A DNA stretch of 64,000 nt from an uncultured Clostridia bacterium (GTDB lineage: Bacteria; Bacillota; Clostridia; TANB77; CAG-508), in contig CAKPFO010000006.1 of the NCBI GenBank assembly GCA_934153805.1, positions 915 through 64,914 on the forward strand, given 5' to 3'. The position numbers and the translations under genes were made by a program. How positions within the stretch are numbered: the stretch's first letter is position 1; each line of letters starts with the position of its first letter. Below, one piece after another: positions 27,203 to 35,757 of this stretch. The notes under the pieces are model-generated. The model had not been told where the DNA came from and made no database searches. It saw only the letters and a list, made by a program, of their open reading frames with translations.

Positions 27203-29159
27203 TTACAAATTTTGTTGCAATTCTTTTATTTTGTCACGCAATTCTGCTGCTTTTTCAAATTCCATTTGAGACGCATACTTTAACATTTCATCTGTCAATT
27301 TATTAATTATTCCTTGAATATCTACGTCTTTATCTAAATTGTATTCTTCTTGCGCTTCTGCCACAATACTTGCCTTTATTGTATCTCTTATAGACTTTTT
27401 AATTGTTTGAGGAACAATTCCATGTACTCTGTTATACTCTTCTTGTATTTTTCTTCTCCTATTAGTCTCACTAATTGCCTTTTCCATACTCTCTGTAAGT
27501 TCATCAGCATACATTATAACTTTACCCTCAGTGTTTCTTGCAGCACGTCCAATTGTTTGTATTAAAGAACGTTCCGAACGTAAAAAACCTTCTTTATCAG
27601 CATCCAATATTGCAACAAGAGAAACCTCTGGAATATCTAGTCCTTCTCTTAAAAGATTTATTCCAACTAGCACATCAAACTCTCCAATTCTTAAGCTTCT
27701 TATTATTTCCATTCTTTCTAGCGCTTTAATATCAGAATGCATATATCTTACCTTTATTCCAATTCCTGCTAAGTAATCAGTCAAATCCTCTGCCATTTTT
27801 TTAGTAAGAGTTGTAACTAATACTCTATCCCCTATTTCCACCTTTTGTCTAATTTGTTCAATTAAATCATCTATTTGGTTTGCAACAGGTTTTACCTCTA
27901 TCTTAGGGTCCAATAGTCCAGTAGGACGTATTATTTGTTCTACAACATTATCTTTAGAATGTTCTTTTTCATATTCTGCAGGTGTTGCACTGACAAATAT
28001 ACATTGATTAATTCTTTGCTCAAATTCTTCAAATTTAAGAGGTCTGTTGTCAAAAGCAGATGGAAGCCTAAACCCATAATTTACTAATGATTCTTTCCTT
28101 GCTCTATCTCCATTATACATAGCTCTTACTTGTGGTATAGTAGCATGAGACTCGTCTATTAGTAATAAAAAGTCTTTTGGGAAATAGTCAAATAGTGTAA
28201 ACGGTGGACTTCCTGGCTCTCTACCACTTATGTGTCTAGAGTAATTTTCTATGCCTTGACAAAATCCTGTTTCTTTCATCATTTCTATGTCAAAATTTGT
28301 TCTTTCTTCTATTCTTTGAGCTTCTATAAGTTTACCTTGACTTTTAAAATATTCTACACGTTCTTCTTTTTCTTTGTCTATAGTTTGTATTGCTCTTTCC
28401 ATTTTTTCTGATGTCGTTACATAGTGAGAATTTGGGAATATTACAACATGATTTCTCGTTGCTTGAGCTTTACCTGTAAGTGGATTAATTTCAGAGACCT
28501 TTTCTATTTCATCTCCCCAGAATTCTACTCGAATTGCCGTTTCGCTTTCATCTGAAGGATATATTTCTACTATATCTCCTTTAGCTCTAAAAGTTCCTCT
28601 TTTAAAATCTAATTCATTTCGTGTATATTGCATATTTATTAATTTTTTAAGCATTTTATTTCTTTCAACTTGCATTCCTGGTCTTAAAGAAACCGCCATG
28701 TTTTCATAATCAATTGGGTCTCCTAAACCATATATACATGAAACAGATGCTACTATTATTGTGTCTCTTGTTTCGAATAAAGAAGCGGTTGCACTATGAC
28801 GTAGTTTATCTATTTCATCGTTTACAGAAGAATCTTTTTCTATATATGTATCTGATTGTGGTATATATGCCTCTGGTTGATAATAGTCATAGTAAGACAC
28901 AAAATATTCCACATTGTTTTCTGGAAAGAATTCTTTAAATTCGGAATATAATTGCCCAGCTAAAGTTTTATTGTGTGCTAAAACAAGTGTTGGCTTTTGC
29001 ACTTTTTCAATAATATTGGCCATTGTAAAAGTTTTTCCGTGAACCTGTTACTCCTAACAATGTTTGAAACTTTTTACCTTCTTCTATTCCTTTTGATAAA
29101 TATTCTATTGCCTTAGGTTGGTCACCTGTTGGCTTATATTCTGAGTGTAATTTAAACAT
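27203..29159 (-). pseudogene. uvrB: Excinuclease ABC subunit B, frameshift inside the Walker A codons near 29039
   Basis: ATG 29159 behind GGAGGG reads [40 protein letters not shown], then [10 protein letters not shown]. The expected [13 protein letters not shown]... is the track ORF 27203..29023 in the next frame. Confidence 0.9.
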
Positions 29160-29170
29160 TTTTCCCTCCT

Positions 29171-30196
29171 CTAAATGTTATTTAAATTTTTAGTTTCTAT
29201 TATCAGCTCATCAAAATCAGAAATATAATTTTTATCTTGCACTATTCTATATTTTTTATATTCCTCCAAAGCCAATTTATCCGCTATTTCTCTTTTTATT
29301 TTTCCATTATCTTTTAATATGTTATATTCATTTATTTTTAAAAATATTTCTAGCTTATCTTTCCATTCTTGCATTGATATAATTTTACCTAATTTTACTT
29401 GTCTTTCTGCATAATCAAGATACATTGATACTAGATTATTTAATTCTGTAATTTCTTCTTGTGACAAATAATTTTTGGCTATTGTAACATCTGTTTCAAG
29501 AATTTTCCCATCTGGTGCATTTTTCCACGTTGTTAATCCCATATTTTCTTTTTTACTATCTACTCTATTATAGATAATTTCAGGTGCTGTCATACCTGTA
29601 ATTGCAAAATGTAACTTATTTTGGACATTTTTATAAAACTCTTGTGTTGTTTCACTATTTTTATCATAGTCAAAACTACATTCTTTATATATGTCAGTTA
29701 TTTTTTGATAAAATCTTCTTTCACTTGCTCTTATTTCCTTTATTTTAACTAATAATTCATCAAAATAATCTTTTCCAAATTTTGGTCCATTTTTTAGCAT
29801 TTCACTATTAACAACAAACCCTTTTTTTATATATTCTTTTAAAGTTTTTGTTGCCCAGATTCTAAAATCTGTTGCTTCTTTTGAATTTACTCTATAGCCA
29901 ACTGCTATAATAGCATCTAAGCTATAAAAGTTTGTATTATATTTTTTTCCATCTGAAGCAGTTACTCTAATTTTTTGAGTAACTGACTCTTGTTCTAATT
30001 CTTTAGCTTTAAAGATATTTTGTAAATGATATGTAATATTGTTTTCGGCTACGTTGAATAGTTTAGACATTGATTTTTGAGTTAACCAAAAATCTTCTTC
30101 GTTATATAAAACTTCTACTGATATATTTTCATTATTTTGACTTTGGTATATGATTAAATCTTTTAAATCCTTTATATTATTCAATTTAAAATCCAC
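29171..30196 (-). CDS. RhuM-family protein
   Basis: [12 protein letters not shown]...ITYHLQNIF...[42 protein letters not shown] matches the Virulence_RhuM family. The stop lies 11 nt before the uvrB ATG. Confidence 0.8.
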   Translation of the reverse strand: MDFKLNNIKDLKDLIIYQSQNNENISVEVLYNEEDFWLTQKSMSKLFNVAENNITYHLQNIFKAKELEQESVTQKIRVTASDGKKYNTNFYSLDAIIAVGYRVNSKEATDFRIWATKTLKEYIKKGFVVNSEMLKNGPKFGKDYFDELLVKIKEIRASERRFYQKITDIYKECSFDYDKNSETTQEFYKNVQNKLHFAITGMTAPEIIYNRVDSKKENMGLTTWKNAPDGKILETDVTIAKNYLSQEEITELNNLVSMYLDYAERQVKLGKIISMQEWKDKLEIFLKINEYNILKDNGKIKREIADKLALEEYKKYRIVQDKNYISDFDELIIETKNLNNI

Positions 30197-30217
30197 CTTT
30201 CAGCATAAATTTGTCAT

Positions 30218-30229
30218 GAACTTTTGTTT
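30218..30229. promoter_or_regulatory. Putative LexA (SOS) operator, GAAC-N4-GTTT
   Basis: gaacttttgttt lies immediately downstream of the -10 element of the rhuM-uvrB promoter and 22 nt upstream of the rhuM ATG. Confidence 0.5.
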
Positions 30230-30231
30230 GT

Positions 30232-30260
30232 ATTTTACAATAAAATTATTCATATGTCAA
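30232..30260 (-). promoter_or_regulatory. Sigma-A promoter of rhuM-uvrB
   Basis: On the minus strand: TTGACA (30260..30255), a 17-nt spacer, then TAAAAT (30237..30232) preceded by TG. Confidence 0.6.
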
Positions 30261-30346
30261 TAATTCTTATCAAATTTGTCTAAATAAAAGTTATAGGATA
30301 ATGGTTTTCGTTTACATTTTATAAGAAATAGTTGAAATATAAGCTT

Positions 30347-30452
30347 GTAATGAAATGACGAATTCGCATGGAGAAATTTTAGAAATTCTTATGTAGTTTT
30401 ATGGTAAAAGTTCACATTAGCAAAAAAGGACCAATAAAGCAAATTAGAATTT
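30347..30452 (+). repeat. Intergenic element, copy D (core only, no long flanking inverted repeat)
   Basis: gtaatgaaatgacgaattcgcatggagaaattttagaaattcttatgtagttttatggtaaaagttcacatt... aligns with the copy A core in the same orientation. Confidence 0.7.
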
Positions 30453-30480
30453 TTTTACATAAATTTTTTTATCCATTTTA

Positions 30481-30509
30481 TTGACAAGTTTGTATATTTA
30501 AATTATTAT
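30481..30509 (+). promoter_or_regulatory. Sigma-A promoter of the HNH gene
   Basis: TTGACA (30481-30486), a 17-nt spacer, then TATTAT (30504-30509). Confidence 0.55.
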
Positions 30510-30549
30510 AAGGGCAAACCACATTGTATTATGAAAGGAGATGTTTCAA

Positions 30550-31191
30550 ATGAAAATTCCTTTACCAGAAAGCTATTCATACATGGATATCGCAGATGTT
30601 ACAAATGAGACATTGCATATTCATAAAATTGGGTATTTTCAAGATTTAATGTATGACTTGACTTATGCTCTCGCACCTGTCACAAATTGTCATTACTGTA
30701 ACAAGCCACTTTCTCGGAATAAATCTACCTTAGACCATATGTATCCGCGTTATTTGGGTGGCCCTACTATTCCAAATAATCTAATCGTTTCGTGCATGGA
30801 ATGTAATTCTCACAAGTCAAACCTGAACGTAGAAGAATTTGCCTTTTATAATTCTTTGAAAAACGAAAATTTAAAGAGTCAATACTTTAGAGAAATAACT
30901 CTTTTAAAGCACTTTCAAAAGAAATGGTACAGTCCTGTTCTACCTAAAGATTGGCTTACAGATGAACCTGTAGATAAAATTATAGTATATTTCTTTATCG
31001 GTGAAGGTCTTAATGGCAAATCTTATACTAAAACTCAAAAGACTTATCAAAAGTATGGACATATTTGTAGACCTATTATAGTAGATAAAAATTTAAAACT
31101 GTTAGATGGCTTTAATGTTCTTTTATTTGCTAAAAATAATTCTATAACTACAGTTCCTACAATTATTCTTGAAAATGTGGAGTTAGACTAA
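30550..31191 (+). CDS. HNH endonuclease with a C-terminal ParB-like domain
   Basis: HNH core HYCNKPLSRNKSTLDHMYPRYLGGPTIPNNLIVSCMECNSHKSN. The C-terminal PIIVDKNLKLLDGFNVLLFAKNNSITTVP resembles the ParB/Srx N-terminal motif. Start set at ATG 30550, 9 nt after AAAGGAG. Confidence 0.7.
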   Translation: MKIPLPESYSYMDIADVTNETLHIHKIGYFQDLMYDLTYALAPVTNCHYCNKPLSRNKSTLDHMYPRYLGGPTIPNNLIVSCMECNSHKSNLNVEEFAFYNSLKNENLKSQYFREITLLKHFQKKWYSPVLPKDWLTDEPVDKIIVYFFIGEGLNGKSYTKTQKTYQKYGHICRPIIVDKNLKLLDGFNVLLFAKNNSITTVPTIILENVELD

Positions 31192-31275
31192 GTTTTTTCT
31201 AGCAAAAGTATAGCTTCAATTTGTATAATAAGTAGTTTAATAAATATTTCTATTATACCAAAAGATATCCAACTA

Positions 31276-31719
31276 TTATGCAGTTGGATATCTTTTTATA
31301 TACATTTGTGCATCTTTTTTCTTTAAGTCTTCACGTTTGTCGTAAAGTTTTTTTCCTTTTCCTATTCCTAATTCTAGCTTAACTTTATTTCCTTTAAAGT
31401 ATAAACTTACTGGCACTAATGTATAGCCTTTTTGGCTTATTAGCCCTATAAGCTTTCGTATTTCTTGCTTGTTTAATAATAGTTTTCTGTCTCTCAATGG
31501 GTCTTTATTAAATATGTTTCCATGTTCATATGGACTTATATGCATAGAGTGAATGTAGACCTCACCATTTTTTATGCTAGCATAACTATCTTTTAAATTT
31601 ACTTTTCCATTTCTTATAGATTTTATCTCTGTACCAGCTAAGACAATTCCTGTTTCAATTGTGTCTGTAATATTGTAATTATGTCTTGCTACTGGATTTT
31701 TGGCTATTACATTAGTCAT
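31276..31719 (-). CDS. smpB: SsrA-binding protein
   Basis: [43 protein letters not shown]...HISPYEHGN...[15 protein letters not shown] is the SmpB family. An internal start was chosen to remove the overlap with the upstream gene. Confidence 0.9.
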   Translation of the reverse strand: MTNVIAKNPVARHNYNITDTIETGIVLAGTEIKSIRNGKVNLKDSYASIKNGEVYIHSMHISPYEHGNIFNKDPLRDRKLLLNKQEIRKLIGLISQKGYTLVPVSLYFKGNKVKLELGIGKGKKLYDKREDLKKKDAQMYIKRYPTA

Positions 31720-31738
31720 AATTAAGTTCATCCCTTTT

Positions 31739-32173
31739 TTAGTAATTATTGTTTTTATTATTGTAAGTGTTATTTTGTTTAGCATACATCCAAACTAGAG
31801 CTATAATTACTATTCCAACAATTGCCATAATAATCCATGTCCACATTGTAGAATTTATTCCTGTATTTCCCGCAGAATTTGTTCTGACTGTAGTTCTAGT
31901 TGCTGTATAATTTGTATTATTTGTTGTTCTTGTATTTTGCTCATTCTTTCCAGATGTCATATTCTCCATAGTGTTTTTACCTGCATCTGTGACATTTTTT
32001 ATTCCTTCAGATACTCCTTTTCCTACATCTTCTACTACATTTTCAGCTCCACCTACTACATTTCTTATACCATCTACAGCTGAAGAAGTTGTATTATTAG
32101 CAAAACAATATGAGCATGAAACTGCAAGAATTGCAAATACTGTTAATATAGCTATATAAATTTTTCTTTTCAT
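31739..32173 (-). CDS. Hypothetical exported protein, T/N-rich, with C-terminal TM anchor
   Basis: Signal peptide [25 protein letters not shown], a low-complexity T/N region, and the C-terminal helix [20 protein letters not shown]. Confidence 0.55.
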   Translation of the reverse strand: MKRKIYIAILTVFAILAVSCSYCFANNTTSSAVDGIRNVVGGAENVVEDVGKGVSEGIKNVTDAGKNTMENMTSGKNEQNTRTTNNTNYTATRTTVRTNSAGNTGINSTMWTWIIMAIVGIVIIALVWMYAKQNNTYNNKNNNY

Positions 32174-32331
32174 AATAAACCTCCTTATATATATTAAAGT
32201 CTATTTTTTTAATTTAAACTCAATATTATTATTTAAATTTAAAAATAAAATATACATAAAAAAGTAAACTAGAAAAAAATTCATTTATAAAATTGCTTTT
32301 TTTAGAAATAATAAGAATATCATATTTAAGT

Positions 32332-32652
32332 TTATGCATGTAATCTTATTAAAATAGCGATTGCAAGTAATATTAAAACAACTCCAACTACTATTATTAA
32401 TATATTTAAAATATTTGTTAAACCCAATCCGTCATCTATATTAGATTCTTGTATTGTACTTACTGTTGTAGATGGACTGTTGGTTGTGGCATTTACTGCA
32501 GTTTGTCTTGTTGTTCTAGATTGCCTTGTACTTGTTGTATTTACGGTTTCGTTTTCTGTCATATTCATATCTATTCCAGTAGCATATACAGAGCTTACTA
32601 AGATTAGTAGCATCATTGCAACTATACATACTGTTCTTGTAACTTTTTTCAT
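32332..32652 (-). CDS. Hypothetical exported protein, T/S-rich, with C-terminal TM anchor
   Basis: Same architecture as 31739..32173: a signal peptide, a T/S/N-rich stretch, and the helix ILIIVVGVVLILLAIAILI. Confidence 0.55.
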   Translation of the reverse strand: MKKVTRTVCIVAMMLLILVSSVYATGIDMNMTENETVNTTSTRQSRTTRQTAVNATTNSPSTTVSTIQESNIDDGLGLTNILNILIIVVGVVLILLAIAILIRLHA

Positions 32653-32694
32653 CTTTTTCCCTTTCCTCTTAATATTTTTTTCTTTTCGCTTGCT

Positions 32695-33624
32695 CTAAAT
32701 TCTATTTGCTGAGCCAAAAACATCTTTCATTTTATGAGAAACTGTATTTCTTACCTCATCTCTTGCAGGTGTTAAATATTTTCTTGGATCAAATGCTGAT
32801 GGTTCTTCTACAAAAACTTTTCTTATTTGTGCTGTCATTGCTAAACGTAAATCTGTATCTACATTTATTTTTGAAACACCTTTTAAACTTGCTTCATGTA
32901 ATATCTCATCTGGTACACCTTTGGCTCCAGGTATATCTGCTCCATATTTATTACACATTTCTACTAATTCTGGTATTACTGTAGAAGCTCCGTGTAATAC
33001 AATAGGTGTATGAGGTATTAATTCTTTTACTTTTGCTAATATATCAAATCTTAAACGTGCTTCTCCTTTGAATTTATAAGCTCCATGGCTTGTTCCTATA
33101 GCTATTGCTAAAGAGTCACAACCTGTTCTTTCTACAAATTCTTTTGCTTGCATAGGGTCTGTATACATAGCATCAGAAGCTGCTACATTTACGTCATCTT
33201 CTATTCCTGCTAATTTTCCAAGTTCTGCCTCTACTACTACACCATGTGCGTGTGCATAATCTACAACCTCTTTTGTAAGTCTTACGTTTTCTTCAAAATC
33301 ATATTTTGAACCATCAAACATTACAGATGTAAAACCTGCATCTACACACATTTTACATGTTTCAAAATCTGGTCCATGGTCTAAGTGTAAAGCAACTGGT
33401 ACTTCTGGATGTTCCTCTACTGCTGCTTCTACCATTTTCTTTAAATATCCAATTCTTGCATACTTAATTGCACTTGAAGATGCTTGAAGAATTACTGGAG
33501 ACTTATTTTCTGCAGCCGCATCCATTATTCCTTGTATTATTTCCATATTATTTACATTAAATGCTCCTATTGCAAAATGTTCTTGCATTGCCTTTTTAAA
33601 CATTTCTTTTGTTGTTACTAACAT
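32695..33624 (-). CDS. fba: Class II fructose-1,6-bisphosphate aldolase
   Basis: FAIGAFNVNNMEIIQGI, LHLDHG, AIGTSHGAYKF and LHGASTV motifs. 309 aa. Confidence 0.93.
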   Translation of the reverse strand: MLVTTKEMFKKAMQEHFAIGAFNVNNMEIIQGIMDAAAENKSPVILQASSSAIKYARIGYLKKMVEAAVEEHPEVPVALHLDHGPDFETCKMCVDAGFTSVMFDGSKYDFEENVRLTKEVVDYAHAHGVVVEAELGKLAGIEDDVNVAASDAMYTDPMQAKEFVERTGCDSLAIAIGTSHGAYKFKGEARLRFDILAKVKELIPHTPIVLHGASTVIPELVEMCNKYGADIPGAKGVPDEILHEASLKGVSKINVDTDLRLAMTAQIRKVFVEEPSAFDPRKYLTPARDEVRNTVSHKMKDVFGSANRI

Positions 33625-33730
33625 ATCTTTTCCTCCTTTGATTATCTTTTAATCTTTACATATTATATATTTATATTATTATTAAGTCAATTAATTTTTA
33701 ATTATTTATTTGTTATTTAATAGCAATTCG

Positions 33731-33853
33731 TTACAATTCACAGTTTGGTCACTCATATCGCACTCGCAAGCTCGTTTGGTCACTTGCGTAGTATTACCAA
33801 ACAATATATTATCAGACTTTTAACGAAAGAATTTTATAAACTGTGAATTGTAA
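33731..33853. repeat. 16-bp inverted repeat enclosing a 91-nt GC-enriched core upstream of fba
   Basis: ttacaattcacagttt (33731-33746) is the reverse complement of aaactgtgaattgtaa (33838-33853). The core contains two mutually exclusive hairpins. Confidence 0.75.
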
Positions 33854-33855
33854 GA

Positions 33856-33887
33856 AAAGCGAGCACAATAATAATTGCACTCGCTTT
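33856..33887 (-). terminator. Intrinsic terminator after the M41 peptidase gene
   Basis: aaagcgag (33856-33863) pairs with ctcgcttt (33880-33887). The minus-strand tail is TTTTCTTAC. Confidence 0.45.
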
Positions 33888-33895
33888 AGAAAACA

Positions 33896-34753
33896 CTATT
33901 CAGTTTTTTTATTTTTGTAATCTTCACAAATCTTCTGTAACTGTTCTCCTGTAAGAATCTCCTCTACAAGCAACTTTTCAGCAATAATTTTTAAAAGTTC
34001 TTCGTTCTCTTCAATTATTTCCTCTGCTCGTAACAACCCTTTATAAATTAAGCCCTGAATTTCATTATCAATAAGTTGTTTCTTTTCTTCAGGTATAAGG
34101 AAATAATCTTCTTTGCTATACTGCCTGTTTTTATTAATTTCATTTTCTGAAAATCCAAACTGCATTACCATTGCTTTAGCTATAATGTCTGCATGTTGTA
34201 AATCTGCTAAAGCACCTGATGTTTCTGTATTGTTAAATCTTTTTTCAGCAACTCTTCCGGCTAAATCCATAGCAATCGCATCTAAATAATACTCTTTAGA
34301 ATGTTCTATATATTCCTCGCTTTCAATACTGTACGACGCTGTCGCACCTTTCCAATCCATCATTGGCAAAATAGATACAAAAGCAATCTTCACATCTTTT
34401 TGGTATTCGCTCATTACTACAGCTAAATAGTGGCCTGTTTCATGATATGCAGTTGCAAGTCTCCCCTTTTGAGGAATGCTTTCGTAATATTTAAGATAAG
34501 TATTGTAACATCTTAATATGCTTTTTCTATCAACTACTGTTTTTCCTTTTCTTTTAGCCTCTAAAAAAGCTTTATCAAAGATGTTAATAACATTACCGGG
34601 ATTTACAGAAGTGGTTTCAGCCAAGTCTGAAGTGTAAATTCCAAAATCAATTATCTCGTCAGGAATGTCCATTTGATAAGTCTTTTTCAGCCACTTAATG
34701 TGATTCATTATCATTGGCTTTAATTCCTTATACTCTGGTTCTTCCACATACAC
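33896..34753 (-). CDS. AAA lid subdomain plus M41 (FtsH-type) zinc peptidase domain; probably the 3' part of one gene with 34720..35514
   Basis: HETGH zinc site (AYHETGHYLAV) and DLAGRVAEKRF...TSGALADLQHADIIAKAMVMQFGFS collinear with the FtsH protease domain. The N-terminal YVEEPEYKELKPMI...NVINIFDKAFLEAK resembles the Clp D1 small subdomain. Confidence 0.75.
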   Translation of the reverse strand: MYVEEPEYKELKPMIMNHIKWLKKTYQMDIPDEIIDFGIYTSDLAETTSVNPGNVINIFDKAFLEAKRKGKTVVDRKSILRCYNTYLKYYESIPQKGRLATAYHETGHYLAVVMSEYQKDVKIAFVSILPMMDWKGATASYSIESEEYIEHSKEYYLDAIAMDLAGRVAEKRFNNTETSGALADLQHADIIAKAMVMQFGFSENEINKNRQYSKEDYFLIPEEKKQLIDNEIQGLIYKGLLRAEEIIEENEELLKIIAEKLLVEEILTGEQLQKICEDYKNKKTE

Positions 34754-35514
34754 ATAATTAACATATTTTCCAGGCTTGGATCTCCTAAAAAGTACTCGTC
34801 ATAGTTGTTCTCACTCGCAGTTGTTATAATTGGTATATTAAATTTTTTTATACAATTATATAACATAGCAATAAGTCTTTCGTCCATCTTCATGTATATT
34901 GCCTCATCAATGAACAGAACAACTGTGTTTTTATTTTCAATAAGGAATTTCATTATTTTTTCTATTGTATGCCTGTACAATAACTCACTCTCAATACTAA
35001 GGAGCCTCCCAACTTTTAAGGTTAACACCCTTTTATCGTAGAATTCCTTTGGACATGTAGAAGTTGCAATCTGTCTTGCGATTTCTGTTGCAAGTGCTGT
35101 TTTTCCAACTTCTTTTTCTCCAATAATAAAGATATTGTTACGTTTCTTTTGGGATAGATAAAACCAAATTTTCTCTATTTCATGTTCCCTACCTTTAAGA
35201 GCAGGCCGTTTCTTTCTAGACAATTTTTGTGTCAAGTCTACAACAAATTCACTAATAGACTTTGGCACCAAATCCTTGTACAGCTCAGCACACTTAACAG
35301 CTTGTCTAATAATTGGAAGTTCTTTTTTTACGTTGTACTTTTTGATGTAATCTTTTCCATCTAGTTTAAATTTAAGTGTAACATATTCCTGGTCTGGCTC
35401 AATTTTTAATGTTGAAAGCCATTGCCGTAATGTTTCTGCATAGAAATCAACTTTAGATACTTTCCCATCAATTTCCATTGTGAGATAAACATGTGCAACG
35501 TTCTTCTTTTTCAT
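34720..35514 (-). CDS. ClpA/B-type AAA+ ATPase large subdomain, no TM segment; probably the 5' part of one gene with 33896..34753
   Basis: LKGREHEIEKIWFYLSQKKRNNIFIIGEKEVGKTALATEIARQIA matches the Clp D1 pattern (GRExE...L.R..KNN..L.GE.GVGKTA..EGLA..I), with Walker B VLFIDEA. Confidence 0.75.
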   Translation of the reverse strand: MKKKNVAHVYLTMEIDGKVSKVDFYAETLRQWLSTLKIEPDQEYVTLKFKLDGKDYIKKYNVKKELPIIRQAVKCAELYKDLVPKSISEFVVDLTQKLSRKKRPALKGREHEIEKIWFYLSQKKRNNIFIIGEKEVGKTALATEIARQIATSTCPKEFYDKRVLTLKVGRLLSIESELLYRHTIEKIMKFLIENKNTVVLFIDEAIYMKMDERLIAMLYNCIKKFNIPIITTASENNYDEYFLGDPSLENMLIMCMWKNQSIRN

Positions 35515-35675
35515 AATCTATCCCTCCTTTTGATGTCAGATTATGTTGCTATGTTCTAGTTACAAAAATAATTTTCTCCTTTCTATTTTTTATGTGCACA
35601 TTCTATCACGGTTTATTTAGTTTTTCAACAAAAATTTACAAAATATAATATTTTTTTATTTTTTCCAATTTTTTA

Positions 35676-35704
35676 TTGATTTTACTCTTATAAGATGATA
35701 AAAT
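35676..35704 (+). promoter_or_regulatory. Sigma-A promoter of the beta-CASP gene
   Basis: TTGATT (35676-35681), a 17-nt spacer, then TAAAAT (35699-35704). Confidence 0.55.
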
Positions 35705-35757
35705 TACATTATGTAACTTGTATATATTTTCGTTTCTACACTAGAAAGGATGATAAA

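Noticed and set aside
27092-27283. 63-aa plus-strand ORF
   Set aside because: It starts inside repeat copy C and runs antisense into the uvrB 3' end. The corresponding frame is interrupted in the other copies of the element.
31192-31275. Search for tmRNA (ssrA) next to smpB
   Set aside because: Only 84 AT-rich nucleotides lie here, with no acceptor or T-arm-like sequence. No tmRNA-like sequence was seen anywhere else in the window.
35695-35757. N-terminal extension of the beta-CASP ORF (MIKLHYVTCIYFRFYTRKDDK)
   Set aside because: This extension overlaps the -10 element of the predicted promoter and has no RBS. ATG 35758 has AAAGGATGA upstream.
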